A stretch of 64,000 nt of DNA. It comes from Antedon mediterranea (Eukaryota; Animalia; Echinodermata). The translations under genes were made by a program, and so were the position numbers. The stretch spans positions 29,530,871-29,594,870 of the forward strand of contig NC_092676.1 of assembly GCF_964355755.1 (NCBI RefSeq). The letters run 5' to 3'. Each line of letters begins with the position of its first letter. Position 1 is the stretch's first letter. The notes beneath the pieces were generated by a model. That model was given only the letters and a program-made list of their open reading frames with translations. It did not search any database and was not told the origin of the DNA. Shown piece after piece: positions 21,719 to 36,700 of the stretch.

Positions 21719-24700
21719 ATGGCTACAGAATTGGCTGGAAATGCCAACTCTGCTGGTCGGGAAAACTCGAACCAACCAGGCAACCACCTCGACGAAAATA
21801 TGGATAGGCCTAACGCTAACAGGTCTAATATGTTAGTTGGTACAGGACCAAATCCTACAGGATCTGGAGGACCTGGTAGCCTCCTAGGTAGAACTACGCC
21901 TACATCTGGAAATAATTTAGTAAATGCTTCAATGTCGAGAAATCAACCTGGAGATATATCAATGAAAATGACTGGTGCATCTCGTGAAGTTTATGGTGGA
22001 GGTGTTCCACCACATCAACAAATGCCTGGCATTATGGGAGACAATAGAATGAACTCGGTACCATATCATAGACCAGGGCCTGCTGGAGGCAACCCAAATA
22101 ATCCTTATATGAGTAACAGTGGTGGTCATTTAGGTGGTGGTGGTATGTCTAATTTGCCAGGATATAATGGAACTGGATTTTATGGAAGTGGCGGTGACGC
22201 ACAACAAAGAACAGTTATGGGAAGCGGTGGGTACGGTGGTGGAATTCCCCCATCCACGCCTGCTGCCCAACATATGGTTCCTGGAAATATGCATCCAAAT
22301 ATGGGCTCCCAACCCCAAAATCAATTTAACCAATACGATGGACACCGAGGATTTCCAACATCGGTTTCGCGAAATAGCGCGGCAATGAATAGTTACTCGC
22401 CGCAGCAGAGAATTTCAAGTTCTGCCCCAACACTTTCACAGCTTTTACAGGGACAAAAACCTAGTACAAACTATTCTGCATACTCAAGTCAAAGTATGAG
22501 CAAAGGGGCAGACAATCATGGAATGGGCATGATGGGAAATCAAGGATATCCACACCAACAGTGGGGACAAAGAATGCAACATACTGCAGCAGGACAATTA
22601 GGCCCTCCTGGATATGGACAGTCAATGGGCAGAAATCAGGTATGTTTTTATTATTATTATTCCGTATTTATATAAATTGTTTGAATGGTCTAAATACAGC
22701 ATTGTTTTGTAATATTAATTATACGAAAAATATAGTAGAAAATAAATTGATATTTGTTGAAAGATCGATACAAATCATTGATGGTAAGAAAAGAAATTGA
22801 ATTATATGTTTAAATGTTTCTCTTTATGTTTTTTTGTACTTTTGATTTATTTATTACAAAATGTGAGAATATGAATTTGATCTAATAAAAAATAATAAAC
22901 ATTTGTTTTATATTTTGTTTTTATAGTCGCACATTAGTATTGTAACATTTTGAAAATGTCGTTTTTGTTTTATACTGAAAATACTATCTATATACACATT
23001 GTTATGTCATTGATTAAAAAATTAATAAGTTTTGTAATTAAATTTTAAATTTGGTGGTAAGTTAAAGTTCTTATCTAACAGCTGGTCATTGCGTTACATT
23101 GAAATCATTTGATTGGTTCACAGTCACCATTGTGGATTCATTCATTAAACTTGATGGTCACATGTCATAATAATGTCAACATGGGTAACTGACCTTCAAT
23201 CTATAAATAGTCATTGACTTTCATTCATACTTATGTGAAAGGAATAAGATATTAGTGTAACTAGATTACATTACCTGAACTTTTAAATGGATGACAATCA
23301 GCCGGTTTTATGTCAGTTTTGATATTTATGATGTCATTTTACAATTTACTTCGGTTACAGCTACTTGTCTATATACACTTGTATTTGAGAGATCAAAATC
23401 CTATTCATTACACTGTTTCAATCAGAATGCTGTATTAATATTCATTGAAATTAATTTTATATTCTGTTGGCTTTTTAGTTTCTAATTGCCATTTTCAGTA
23501 TTACAGTCAACTCTCCCAATACCGGACACCCTTGGGCGGGCATATATTTTCCGGTTTTTCGAAAGTCCAGTTTCCTGAAAACATATTTTTAAAGTCATCA
23601 CGTTGTCACCGAATGCTGCCCGGTACGGTCTCCTAGCGTAGGGAAGGCCTAGGCTAGGCTATGATTGTGTCAATAAATACTGATAGGCCTAGGCCTACTT
23701 TATTAATATTAAGCTACAGTAATTCAATTTACCTTTTTTAAAAGTTACATTATTTACTATACCAATAAAACATGTTACAATAGTAAATTATTGTTTCTCA
23801 ATGTGTTTTTAACGGCAAAAAGGCCTACGTACGTACGTACGGTGAACATAATTTCGGTCTGTTTATTGTTTTTCGTGAGCTAGCTAGCAGCAGCAGCATT
23901 GGTGTGAAGGGCTTTGATTGATGCGCATGTGCAGAGGTGTCATAATCAAATAAAAACGCCCACACCTAGACCACATGTTTTTAAAGCTCCTTTATTTTGA
24001 CGTAATTTGATAGCAATGATGAAAATTGATTAGGTAAACGAGCCAAGCAATAATGACACAATAATTAATTGGTAACATTTCAAAGTTTATTAACACTAGT
24101 TAAGTCAAGTTCATTCCGTTTACGTTTTGCCATAATGATTTCCAAATTTATAATGATGCACATTTTTAGTCCCGTTTTTAGTGAAACATTCCTTTTTAAA
24201 GTCCTATTGCAATTGTGAATTTAACAATAATTTAAACAAAACAAAGACACAGGAATGTAAATTTAACTTTATTAAAAAACAATTCATATGCTAAAAAACA
24301 GGGAGTTGTTAACAACTCCCTGCTAAAAACAATAGACATTAAGACATAGCGCTTCGATGTGAAAAAGCCCACCGCAGTTCGATACGCAACAAAGCAATTG
24401 CCGCCTCGTGGGTTAACAATGAACTGACCTGTCAATCACAGTGTAGCGCTCCATGGCAACATTATTTGATCGTACCGCGAAACGTCGCGCACTTCATGCA
24501 TGGTGAGGGTATGGTTAAAAGCTTTTGTACATTGTGAATGTAGTGAATCCGAGTCAGCGACGACGATGTTACGTTGTTTTCTTAAATATTTGGAGTTTTT
24601 TAACCGTCAGTCCGGTTTTCAGACGCTAATTTTCGTGTTTTGTACTTCATAATTTGTCCGGATTCCGGAATTGGGTATTCCGGTTTTCATAATAAATTAC

Positions 24701-27700
24701 AGTACATTTAGAATAGGGACAAATTGGGCCCTCCAAAAAAGTCCGGTTTTTCGTGAATTCCGGTTTTGGGAGAGTCCGGTATTGGGAGAGTTGACTGTAG
24801 TGATTCCTATTTTTTCTTCTGCTGAACTTTTTCATGTTTCTTCTATAAAGGGGTTTGATGGAAAGAAAACTTGTCACATGTTGTTATGAATAATTGGTGT
24901 TCATATAAACACAAATTACAGTATACAATGTTCAGTAGTATATACATATTACATTAGTACAGTTTACACACCTTTATAAAACTGTTATTACACATTGTTT
25001 TGTATGTTGGATATTGGCGAGCGGCAATGCAGTTGATGTGTGATTGAGTGTGGTGGACAATTAGAAAATTGCTTATAATGGCCAATTGTTGCACAGCCAT
25101 ATTTGATGTTCCCTTTCGATGATTGCTCGCTTTTTGAGCTGTGATGAAATAAAAGGTTTTTTTCAGTGAACCACCACCGTCAGCCCAGCGGAGAGGAGTT
25201 ACGGCGTGTGATCATGTTTTTCACGTAAAATAGCATAAGAAACAACCATGTAATTGTAATGCAATTTCACCATTTTAAAAATTTGGCAAAAGAATTTTAT
25301 TTTGGAGAAACAAATTTGCGACCATTCAATTTTAAGAAGACAAATTTGACTGTAGCTTGAGCATAGATTGATGTCTCTCAATTGGCTACATCATGTTTTA
25401 ATGTACTCCCTTGTTGCTCTTTAACTTCCATAATAATTTGATTACACTATCTGGCCCTTTGCACAAATTAATATAAAATTAGGTCTTTGTAAATTGCTTC
25501 GTATTAGCCTGCACATTTAATGTTCTTTTTATTTGATAAATTTCTTTAATTCAGTTTGATTTTGCGAACTATTTGATATTTGTTTAGTTTAGTTCTCCTA
25601 TTACTACTAAAGTTAAATATTTCATGAGGTTTCAGTAAAATTTAATTCTTATTCAATTGGCAACAAGATAGGTTATTTGTGTATTCTGTAGCGCATTTAC
25701 ATTAAAACCTCTCAATGCACTGTACAGTTGTGTAGAAACCTTAAAATCACAAATACTGTATAAAGACTTAATTTTAATGCAAAACACAGTACAGTTGATA
25801 AAATGTAAACAAATTAAAAAGTTACAAATGTTGACAGAAAAATACCATAAACGCGTGGTCGCTGTACAGTAGGTTCGGTTTGTTTACAAGGAATACAGTA
25901 TTTGCTGTACAAGAGTAATTGTTGCGGAACTTTGTGTAAAATGGCTTCGAACAGATTACAGATTAGTTTGTTACATGTGTAGAGAACTCTCTTCGTATAC
26001 AGTAGCATCTGAAAGACAATTACACAAAATCTTGAATCTACTATATCTTGCGGTGGCAGTATGGGCTATGGCAGTCTGGGCTATGGCAGTCATTGTTATT
26101 ACAGATGTAAATGTGTTTGGTATAGATAAGTAAGAAAATAATTCTTAAATACTATTTAGTATTAATTTAATATTTAAATAATTTTTTTTTTTTGGATGAT
26201 CCAAAACTCAAGTTTTACGGTTTTATTCCCTTTGGATCATCCAAAAGAAAAAAACCTTAATACTGTACTAATATTAATTTAATGGAATATTATTATAGAG
26301 ACCACTCATAAAGATACAATCTACTTGTATTATTTTCATCTCAGACAACGTTTGTTTACTTTGTGTTGTATACCTTTGACATGCTGTGACAGGTTGGAGG
26401 GAAATTCCCTGGAAGTCATGTGACACAGTAGTAGACATAATTAAAGTAGCTTATCAAATGGATACCAAAAATGACAGTTGTATTATAATTACATTTGTTT
26501 TGCCTGGGTTGGTCACCTGAAAAGCATTCTATTGTCTCACCTAACCCTGATCCAACAGGCTTAGAAAACTAGGTCACACAAGGTCGCAAAGCTGCATAAA
26601 TTAATAAAATATTTTCACATGAGCAGTTGTGAAATTGCTCCTTTAAAAAGTGTATTGACACCTGATGTAAATAGATTGTGATGTCATCATATTGCAGCTG
26701 TGACTACTCCCTTCTGGGTTTGAGGGAAGGGATCGGTGACACCAGGGAAGTAAGGTATGTTTTTAATGGGTTACAGCATATCGTCCAGTCTTGCAAGACT
26801 ATCCCTGGTTACTGTATATCTTTATGATTCACTTTTTAGAATAACATTTACGTTCAAGTTATACCATAATCCCTGTACAGTATACCATTTACTGTTTGTT
26901 CTCTCTGAATTATCAAGTTTTGAGGAAAAGAAAAATTAGAAATTCATGTTAAAAATCAAATCATATTTCATATAAAATGGCTGTTCTCCAAAATTAAAAA
27001 ATGTGATTTAAAAAAAATGACCACATGGCTTTAATCTGATGACAATACACAAGCTGCATAGCATTCATGTACAGTACTGTATTCTACAAACTGTGTAGGA
27101 CTTAATGGTTCTGTACAATGGTACATACTGTACAGTGTAATCTTTGTTTACTGTCCGCCATATTGTCTCTTTCCGTAGAAAAGAATAGATGTTTTCTAAT
27201 GGTGATAGACATGTGGTTATAACAATTGAGTTGATGATAGTAAAATAACGTCCTGTCCACTCTCTTGTGTATAGAGTGCTACCATTTATTTGTTACAGAT
27301 GGTTCATATAGCTGCTGGCTTCTCTATTGTTATGTAAAATCTTCTTTGTTGCGATTCACCTTTGGCTATTTGACAGGCAGTGGAGGAATAGACAATAGAT
27401 GAATATTATAATGCTGGTACATGCTCTCTGTAGATTTACATTTAGTTGTACTGGACAGAGTTTAGTAGTATGATAACTGGGAAGAAGTCTAAATCAATTA
27501 ATTTATTTCAAGGCATTTTACCAGCTAATTGTTTTCCATTCAGTTGGTTATTTTAAGTCATTTTACCAGCTATTTTTTTCCAATCAGTTGGTTATTTTAA
27601 GGCATTTTACCAGCTAATTGTTTTCCATTCAGTTGGTTATTTTAAGGCATTTTACCAGCTAATTTTCGTCCATTTAGTTGACCTGTGTTTATACAACACC

Positions 27701-30700
27701 CTAAAGTTGAATCCGTCTTTTATAATTTTTAGCGTGTTGCACGGGCCGAGGTCAACCCCACAAAAACCTTGCAGTTATACATGAAATCGTAATACCGTCT
27801 TATACCGTAGTTCATAATCCTAAGTTGTACAATATACTTGCATGCATTATGAATTAATATGAGTTTATATTAAAGGGGGATTCTGGGTTTAAAATTGCTT
27901 TTAAATATCGTTTATTTATTAAATAAAAAATATTATAACAATATAGACATGTCAGAATGAAGAAGTAATAACGAGAAATTAAAAAAATTAAATTTCATAT
28001 ACATTTTAGGGTAAATTCATGGAAAGTCTGTTTTTCAGCAGCTTAGGGAAGCTCATTAATATTCATGAGATATTCACAAAATCACGTCATCAGGATTCCA
28101 AACTCGCGACGTCAAGCTTGTACGTTGTGTTCTCTCTCCCCTGTCAAACGACAACCACCCGATCATTGTGAAATACATTTTTTGTAGATTTTCTAAGCTA
28201 GGCCTAAAGTGTAATAATAACAGTAGTAGCATATATTTATTTGACATTTAATGAAATACAAAATTTAGTACAGATTACGGAGTCATAAATTATACTATTT
28301 TTATACCTCGAATAGTACAGATCGTATATCGGCTTCACGTACTAGGCTAGGCCTGGATAAGCAAGCCTGCGAGCTACAGCGATTTTAATTGCTTTTGCTT
28401 ATCCTTGCCTCCTTAGATTTTCACCTGTCTTGTTTTTGTTACCTGTATTTCGATTTTAAAGGCTAAATAAAGAATGAATGAATGAATGAAGGCCTAGCCT
28501 AAATCATTTTATTCATGGGTTTGGCCATTTCTGACTAGGGATTCCATGCCACGATGGCTACGTTAAAACATTGGTGCCATCATTCATGGGCCTAGCTAGC
28601 CTATTACTAAACGATTGGCCCATAAATAACAAAACGCAGTGGATTCCAAACCCATCCTATCAACCAAACTCCTAAACAATCTAAACCTAAAACGTTCTAC
28701 AAAAATCGGCTGTAAATATTGAGGCAAAACAAGGTCCGATCGCCGTCCGCACGTATGGTGTCCCGATCGTCTAATAAGTAGGCCTAAAATAGGCCTAGTT
28801 TACTCTCCAAAAAAGCGGATACTGCATCAAGCAAGTAGACCGGTAGTAGGAAGGAGACCTAGCCGATCCGGGACCTAGCCGATCCGGCCCAGTTAAAAAT
28901 TGAGCTAGCTAGTGTAGTAGACCCTATGCGAATTGATACTACCAGGCCTTTTACTATAGGCTACACTTGTTAAAATTAGCAATACTGTACTTATGTTTAC
29001 AAATATTCCAACTCTCTCATTCGAGCTATTTTATCTATACCATTCCGGTAGGTCGAGTCGACCTTCAATCAAATACTGTACATTGTTCATGTTGTGATTA
29101 TAGACGGGGTATACTCGACCCGACCAGTTTTGTATTGTATACTGTATCTGCTTATCACGTGACAATGCCAGGCATGGGCAGAGAGAGCATGTGTATCGTC
29201 GTCTCGCTCTCCTCACTCAGCAGGAATGTATACGTTACGCTTCATTGATTTTGATTCGAAGGCTTTCCCTAAGTCAGTGCGAAAATCGGCAAACGTAAAG
29301 TGCAAACTTATCTAATTTTTCACTGTTTTGATAGATTTTCATAGAAAATTGACTTTATAAATGGGAAGACCGACTAAAATTACATCAGATAAGTATAATT
29401 TTACAAAAGTAATTGATATGGGTAATGATAACGAGTCGTCGGAAGATTGACCATTTCACGAATTTCCTATTCTGTAACCACAGTGTGATTTTGCCGTAGC
29501 TGCACTTGTAATCTGGCCTCATTTCACAGCCTTCGTTCTGCTTCACTGGGCGCTTATATAAATTGAAACTTTTACCGTTCAAGAGACAAACAAATATATT
29601 TTACATTTTTTACTATTCATTTTAAACCCGGAACCTCCCTTTAAGGATTTTAATAAAGGATGATTTCGTTTAAAATTTAGTTATTCAATTATTGATTTTT
29701 TAAATCTGCTTTTGAAATTAGAAAAAAAAATGTTTTAGAATTAGGATAAAACTATGCTACATTTTGCCAAATTATGCTAACATTTGATTAGCGTTAATGT
29801 TAAGTGCTAAATCGGTTAAAATATGCAAAAAAGCACAATATCTACTAGATTTGGTCAACATTTTCACAGCACATACTTTTATTTAACGACAGGTCAAAAC
29901 AATACCCTGAGGACACTTCCAACACGCCAACAGCAACCGGGAATCCACAAAATTTTAGGATTCAGCCAAGTAGCCTTTTTTGCAATTAAAATCTCATTAC
30001 ACGGAATCTCATCGATGTTATACAACACACTTCTCGTAGGCGTGTTGAATATGCGTGTAATAGCGTGTTGTATAAACGCGCCCTTAGTTATTTCAAGGCA
30101 TTTTACCAGCTAATTTTTGTCCATTCGGTTAGTTATTTTAAGGCATTTTACCAGCTATTTGTCCTTTTAGTCAGTTATTTAACGTCTTCCACCTACCTAA
30201 ATTTAAGTACAGTACATTACTACTACGTGGTCAGTTTAAGGAATTCAATCAGCTAAATGTCTCGCACTCTGTCACTTATTTTAATGCCTGTCTTCCACCC
30301 AGCTAAACTGCCTTCAAATTGCAACCAATACAACATTTTATTATTCAAAAGTATTTGTTTCACAAAAAAAAACAACTTGTTATATCGGAAGTAATGAAAA
30401 TATCAAATGACATTTTTTTATATTGACGATGAAATTGATGTAAGAAAATCGGATTGTTCCTGTCATCTTGCCGCGCGAGTTGTTACTATACGGACATTAA
30501 CGTCTTTACTCACCGATATGAAGGTATTTGCCAAGTCTTAACAAAAAAATCTAAATTATGGTCTTGTCTGTATTAATACTGCCCTGGATTCCTTATTGAA
30601 TGACATCTTATGGCCCTTGGTAATTAACGGCTGATATTGTCAATATGATTTATGATGAAAACTGTATTTTCTAAAAATAGATTGTAATCCCTTGGTATTA

Positions 30701-33700
30701 TAAACCTTAGTTAAAATGACATGATTTAATGTAACACCTGTAAACTGGCAAAGTGATCCTAGTTTCTTCAAATAATTGAGGTCATGACCCTATTCTGACA
30801 GGTATTTAATGTTTACATAAGTGCATTGAATAATTCACTTGAGTCTATTTGTCTGTGACTAATAATAGATGCTAAAAATAGATCAGGGGATACCCTTATT
30901 TGGGATGCTGACTGCTAATCTACTAGGGAAATCCTTTTTGCCTTATCATGCTAATGAATCTGTGATGACTTATATTATCATCTTGGACGATAAGCCCAGA
31001 CAATAATAATTTAATGTACATAGTTTCGTTATTTCCGTGGACATTCATTGGTGATTTATACTAAGATCTTCTGCTAAAAAGATTTCTTCATACAAATCAA
31101 AGATGTTTTAAGACAAAACATGGAAACAAGAAAATGCAATTATTTCATGGTACACAGCACCGATTTGTAGGATAGGGTGTACATCAAAAATGGTATGATA
31201 ACCTACCCTACCAGCATCTTCATGTCCTTTATCAATAAAACAACCTATAATATTAATAATAATAACAGGATTTTTATAGCGCACATACCACTCAAGAGTG
31301 CTCAAGGCGCATTCAAAAAATAAAAACAAATCATACAAATGCCTAACAAAAAAAATGCATTGTTCCTATATGACTAAAAGAATTAATATTAACTGAAACC
31401 CTAATAATGTTAACTGGACTTAACTGTATTTAGTGCAATTAGTTTCCTAGTGTGAAGCACTCCTAAGACTTGTCTTATGGCAACTTTCCTATTGAGTCTA
31501 GTTAGGTTAACGGCTAAAACTTAGCTTAAAGAAAACCAAAATAGTTTTACACCTGTAAATGAGCCTGGGTATACCAATAAATTAAATATTCGTTGTCCTA
31601 TTCTTGGAAGTAGTGTCTCCTATGGCTTCAGGGTTGTATTACTGTATTGTTGTTATTTATTCAGGCAAAATATACATTTTACAAAATGTAATACAAATTA
31701 ATTAAGTAAACAAACATGATGTAAGGAGAAAATAAATAGTCACTAGCTGATAATAGGAAAGCACAAAAGCAGCCTAACTAAGCCACTGTCCCTAATTAGT
31801 GTAGATGTGCGTATCTCTAGCCAATGACTCCTACTGTAAATAGTACAGTATAAGATGATGATATGATATCAATGAATTGCCTAAATGTTAATTCACAACA
31901 TTTTTTACTATAGGGTCAACAGTTCAAAATGTGTAATATAATGATTGATGATCTCAAAGTACATACTTAATCTGGTCTTGTTTCTAAATTGAGTAATCCT
32001 AAATGAATGAGTAACAGAATTTGTACTAAAAGCCTTTGGGACGGAGATTAAGATTAAATCAAAAGGACTTGTAATTTTGAGTGTTCAGGTTAAAAGGCAA
32101 ATGTATGATAATGTGATTAATAAATTTTAGCTCATGCGAGCTAGCCGTTAACAATGTCGTCAATGGTATTGAGGACCGATTTGGGGGAGGAAATCGGCCT
32201 CTATGCCAAATTGGTGAATACTTTCGTGATTAGTAAAAACATGGAATGGCAGCAAGATCGAGTTTCAAACAAAATTGCATTTGCTTGCCACCACTGAGTG
32301 AGTGGCAAGCAAATAATAACAGCAGAGTGGCATTCAGGACTAATAGCAGAGTGTAAGGCATTCAGGACTAATAGCAGAGTGTAAGGCATTCAGGACTAAT
32401 AGCACAGTGTATGGCATTCAGGACTAATAGCAGAGTGTAAGGCATTCAGGACTAATAGCAGAGTGTAAGGCATTCAGGACTAATAGCACAGTGTATTATG
32501 GAAATGGAAACATTACAAGTATTAATAAGTTAATGTGCAAAGGATTCACCAAGCAAATACAATGTTCACATAACGAACGTTGTAACCTCGTTTTCAAATC
32601 AAACTTGCTATCAATTGCGATCAACCTATAATTTCCTGTGCATGTGTCCCGATGAGGTATGGACAGGGTTACCTACCAGTCTCATAAATGTTTATATTTT
32701 TCAAAACACTATTTTAATTTACTTTTTATTTATTGTTCAGCAACATGCAGGTTTTATTTTCTGGACATTTCTAAAGTTTCATAAAATATTGTGTTTTTAT
32801 TGCTTTTATTTTTCAGATGAACATGATGCCAGATGGTGGTCCTATGCAGAAAAGGCCAAACCCATTCCAACCATCTCCCTACCAACAAGGTCAATATGGT
32901 GCTGGTGGTGGTAGGCCTTACCCGGGCATGCCTCCCTCACGTTACCCAATGCCCAACATTAGAGGTCAAGCTATACCTAGCTCTGTTACTGGTAATGGCC
33001 CTTATTCCCAACAGGTTTGTTGAATATTATTTTATTTTTATCATAAATTTAGCATGATTTCTGGGAAATCTTCAGCTCCCACCTTTCTCCCCAAAATAAA
33101 AGTTTTCATTCGTCATTTTTATTTTGGAATGTATGGCAAAAATTGACATGGATGGAACCAAATGCAGATTAATTCACTCCAATCACATTTTAGTGCCTTG
33201 CGTTCTCACTAGTGCCTTGCGTTCTCACTAGTGCCTTGCGTTCTCACTAGTGCCTTGCGTTCTCACTAGTGCCTTGCGTTCTCACTAGTGCCTTGCGTTC
33301 TCACTAGTGCCTTGCGTTCACACTAGTGCCTTGCCATTTCACTAGTACCATGCGTTTACACTAGTGCCATGCGTTTACACTAGTGCCATGCGTTTACACT
33401 AGTGCCTTGCGTTCACACTACTGCCTGGCGTTCACACTAGTGCCTTGCGTTCACATTAGTGCTTTGCGTTCACACTGGTGTAATGCCCTGTATTCTTATT
33501 AGTGCTCTGAGAAATTGAATGGTTAGTTGTAGGAAATCTACCAGCAGAATTTAATAAAATGTTTGTTTCTACTTGGACGCAATGCAATGACGTATCTGCA
33601 ACTCAAGTGAATTGGCCAATCACCAGCGACGGTTTGAATGATCCATCGTCCTTGTATTGCGTTCAAGTGGGAACCAGCTTAACTAACACATTAACTTTAA

Positions 33701-36700
33701 CCATACTAACATACAGAGAAACTACCTGTGTGGACATTAGGTACTGTCTTAATAATGCTTGTTGCAAGTATGAAAACATCTACATACTCATAGACTATGT
33801 GCATTGTGATAGCTTGTGTTTATGACAGACACCAAATTTCGAATTTGATATAGTTGTCACTTTAATATTGAGAATGCACTAACGCTTGTTGCGCAATAAT
33901 TTGCAAGGTGCTTTACTAGTGAAATTGTATATTCCCTATATTCCCTTGTATCTGTGAAACTTGATTAAGTATTTAATCTAAGTCTTATAATAAATGTCTT
34001 GCTTGCTCCATTTCTCATTCTCAACTATTCAAATTGAAACATGGCATGCATCTTAAAACAAATCACTTAAATGATATAAGTATGTTATTACAGTATTTAA
34101 ATTATTGAATGAAAGCTATTAACATTGTTTTATCATTCAACAAATAAATAATATTACTACGCAATTAAATGGGTGTGATTGAACATGATAATGTACTTAT
34201 AAATATAATGCATTGAATACGCTAGTAAAGTTATCACAAATCCATTAAAAAGTCCTTGTTGGCTATAACACGGTTACAAATTTCATGTCGCTATTTTGAC
34301 TCTAATAACTAAAAATGGGACAAATTTCAATATTATTTACAGTACTAGTAAAAAGATAGAATTACATTTTTTCCCCAATAACTTTATAAATGTAATTTTA
34401 ACAGCATCAAATACTACAAACTATAGCATGTCGCTTTAAATACCAGTACAAAAAGCAATGGTTTACTATAATCAAATTATGAGCTTCCCAAAAAAAAACA
34501 AAATATGTTTTAATATCTTTTTTTTATTCTAAAAAAAAAAAAACCAAGCTCTGAATCGTACCCGTAGAATGATATTTTATTGCTGTTGAGAATAAGACAA
34601 GAAATTAAGGATAAAGAATTTATTTACTAACCAAACTAAACTATAAAAAATAAATAACCAAATTGACTAAAATGAATGCTTTTGACTAAAATCTACTAAT
34701 GTAAATTAAATCCATAGTGGATTTTTTATAATTCACTGTATTTCTATTGACATGACGACTTTTCTCCCAAATAGCTTGGTTCCCAAAACATCACCTCAAA
34801 CAAACAACAGCAGAATTACATGTTACAGAAACAACAAAAAGCCAATTCGAAGCAAAAGGTTTGTTGATAAGATTTTACATGACATGAAATATCTTAAAAG
34901 ATGAATTGCAAATGTAGAACACGGCCATAAATGCTGTTCATACCGTTTTGTAATAACGTCAACCTATTTTCTGTTCTAGATTTTGTAGACTCAAATAATA
35001 TATTGAAAGCAACACATTAAGTATACATGTACAATATTGAATGAAAAAATTCAACATAATTAATTGTATAATAAAAACACATTTAAAAATGCATAAATTC
35101 AGATTATTTTACAGTAATTAAAACAAAATTAATTAAGCATTTAATTGATTGATAATAACTACAAATTATTAATACATATTTGGTTATCAAAAATGAAAGT
35201 AGAATTGCGTCTATTGTTTCTGCTAAGAAGAGTATCTAGTTGATATATCCCAGAGACCCTTGGTCATTATTAAGTGATTAACTAACCTTGCGGTTATAAT
35301 CACTTATTATTGATCTATAATTAACCGACTTGGTTTCAACTTTATTAAGGTATCCCCATCAGAGGAACACATTGTTAAAAACCTGTTCAGAAAGCAATTC
35401 TGAAATTGTAGACACAATCATAACACTGCACTATAGCTTGTTTTAAAAAAAAAATCTCAAATTGAAAATGTTTACGTAATATTTCCATTTCAAATCCGCA
35501 ACATTGATCAAAAAATGTCAAAATAATGTTTTTTAGGTTGACATTGTGGATAGTTTTAATGATGTTTTGAAATGGTTGAATTTGAGTCGTTAGGTGTTGA
35601 GATTTTCTTGTCAAAGAGTTAATACAATATCATTTATATTAGCTATGGCCTTGTTGTATACTGCAATGCTGTATTGAAACTACTGGGGTGTGGCTTTCAG
35701 TTCACTCACTAAAATCCACATTATTCACTGTACCAGTTCAGTCATAAAGATAGTGTTCATGTCAAATGAATGTGTAGGTTTTACACTTAGTAATATTAGA
35801 TTAAGATATTTCTTTGGTATAACTCAGTAGTGTTTCTTTTGTTGTTTCCTGTTGGGGCTGTTAGCAATCCATTTAGCCATGTGACCTCACACAGCATAGC
35901 AAGCTGAATTGCATTATCATCTGCTATGCACTCCTGATTTCTTTTTCTACTAAATGACTGTTTTTGATCAATTTCAAAAATTGAATGTTATCTGATACAA
36001 CATAGTCTGTATATATGTAATTCCTTATGTTTTCAGAAGATTCCATTATTAAGGCAAGAGCTTCAGTGTGAACAAACAATCTCCTCAGCTAATGGGATAA
36101 TATAAATGCAGCTGTTTGACCTTTCTGTTTTATACTATTAGTTTGAAGACTAGTCATACGTATAGGTATACTACAATTTATATTTTCTTGGTTAAAAAAT
36201 AACCAACGACGTTTTATGGCTATGTATTCAGTAGAAGGGTATTATTATTATTTAATTGTAACACAATAGAGCGTGTTGGCAATGTACTAGCTGTATTTGC
36301 CTGCAGTATCTAAAGCCGGAACTACATCACTATGCAAATGACCTAGCCGTCTCATCAATACTGCATTAGTCATGCATGCAAGCAAGCTAGCGTATACAGC
36401 TGCTCAACTGTGTTGAAAAGAAACGATCAAGCCACAGAATAGCAGCCAAACAGCCCTTTAATAATAAAGTTTTCAAAGGGCCTAGAATATACATGGGAAA
36501 TTTACTGCAGTGGGAAATTAAGTGAGCCGCTACAATGCAAAGGATGATTGAAACACAACAAATGTTTTATTCGAATGAAAGCAAGGCTTTATGTCCTTTC
36601 TGGCATTGTTACTAGATTTTGTAAAAGTGTTTTCTTAGATTTCCAAATGAAATCATCTACATATAATACAGACACTTAAGTATTTCTTTACAAATTACAT

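Noticed and set aside
32125-32315. HINE-like remnant (TTTTAGCTCA start, hairpin TTTGCTTGCCAC/GTGGCAAGCAAA)
   Set aside because: Subterminal inverted repeats not convincingly found; only the hairpin is clear.
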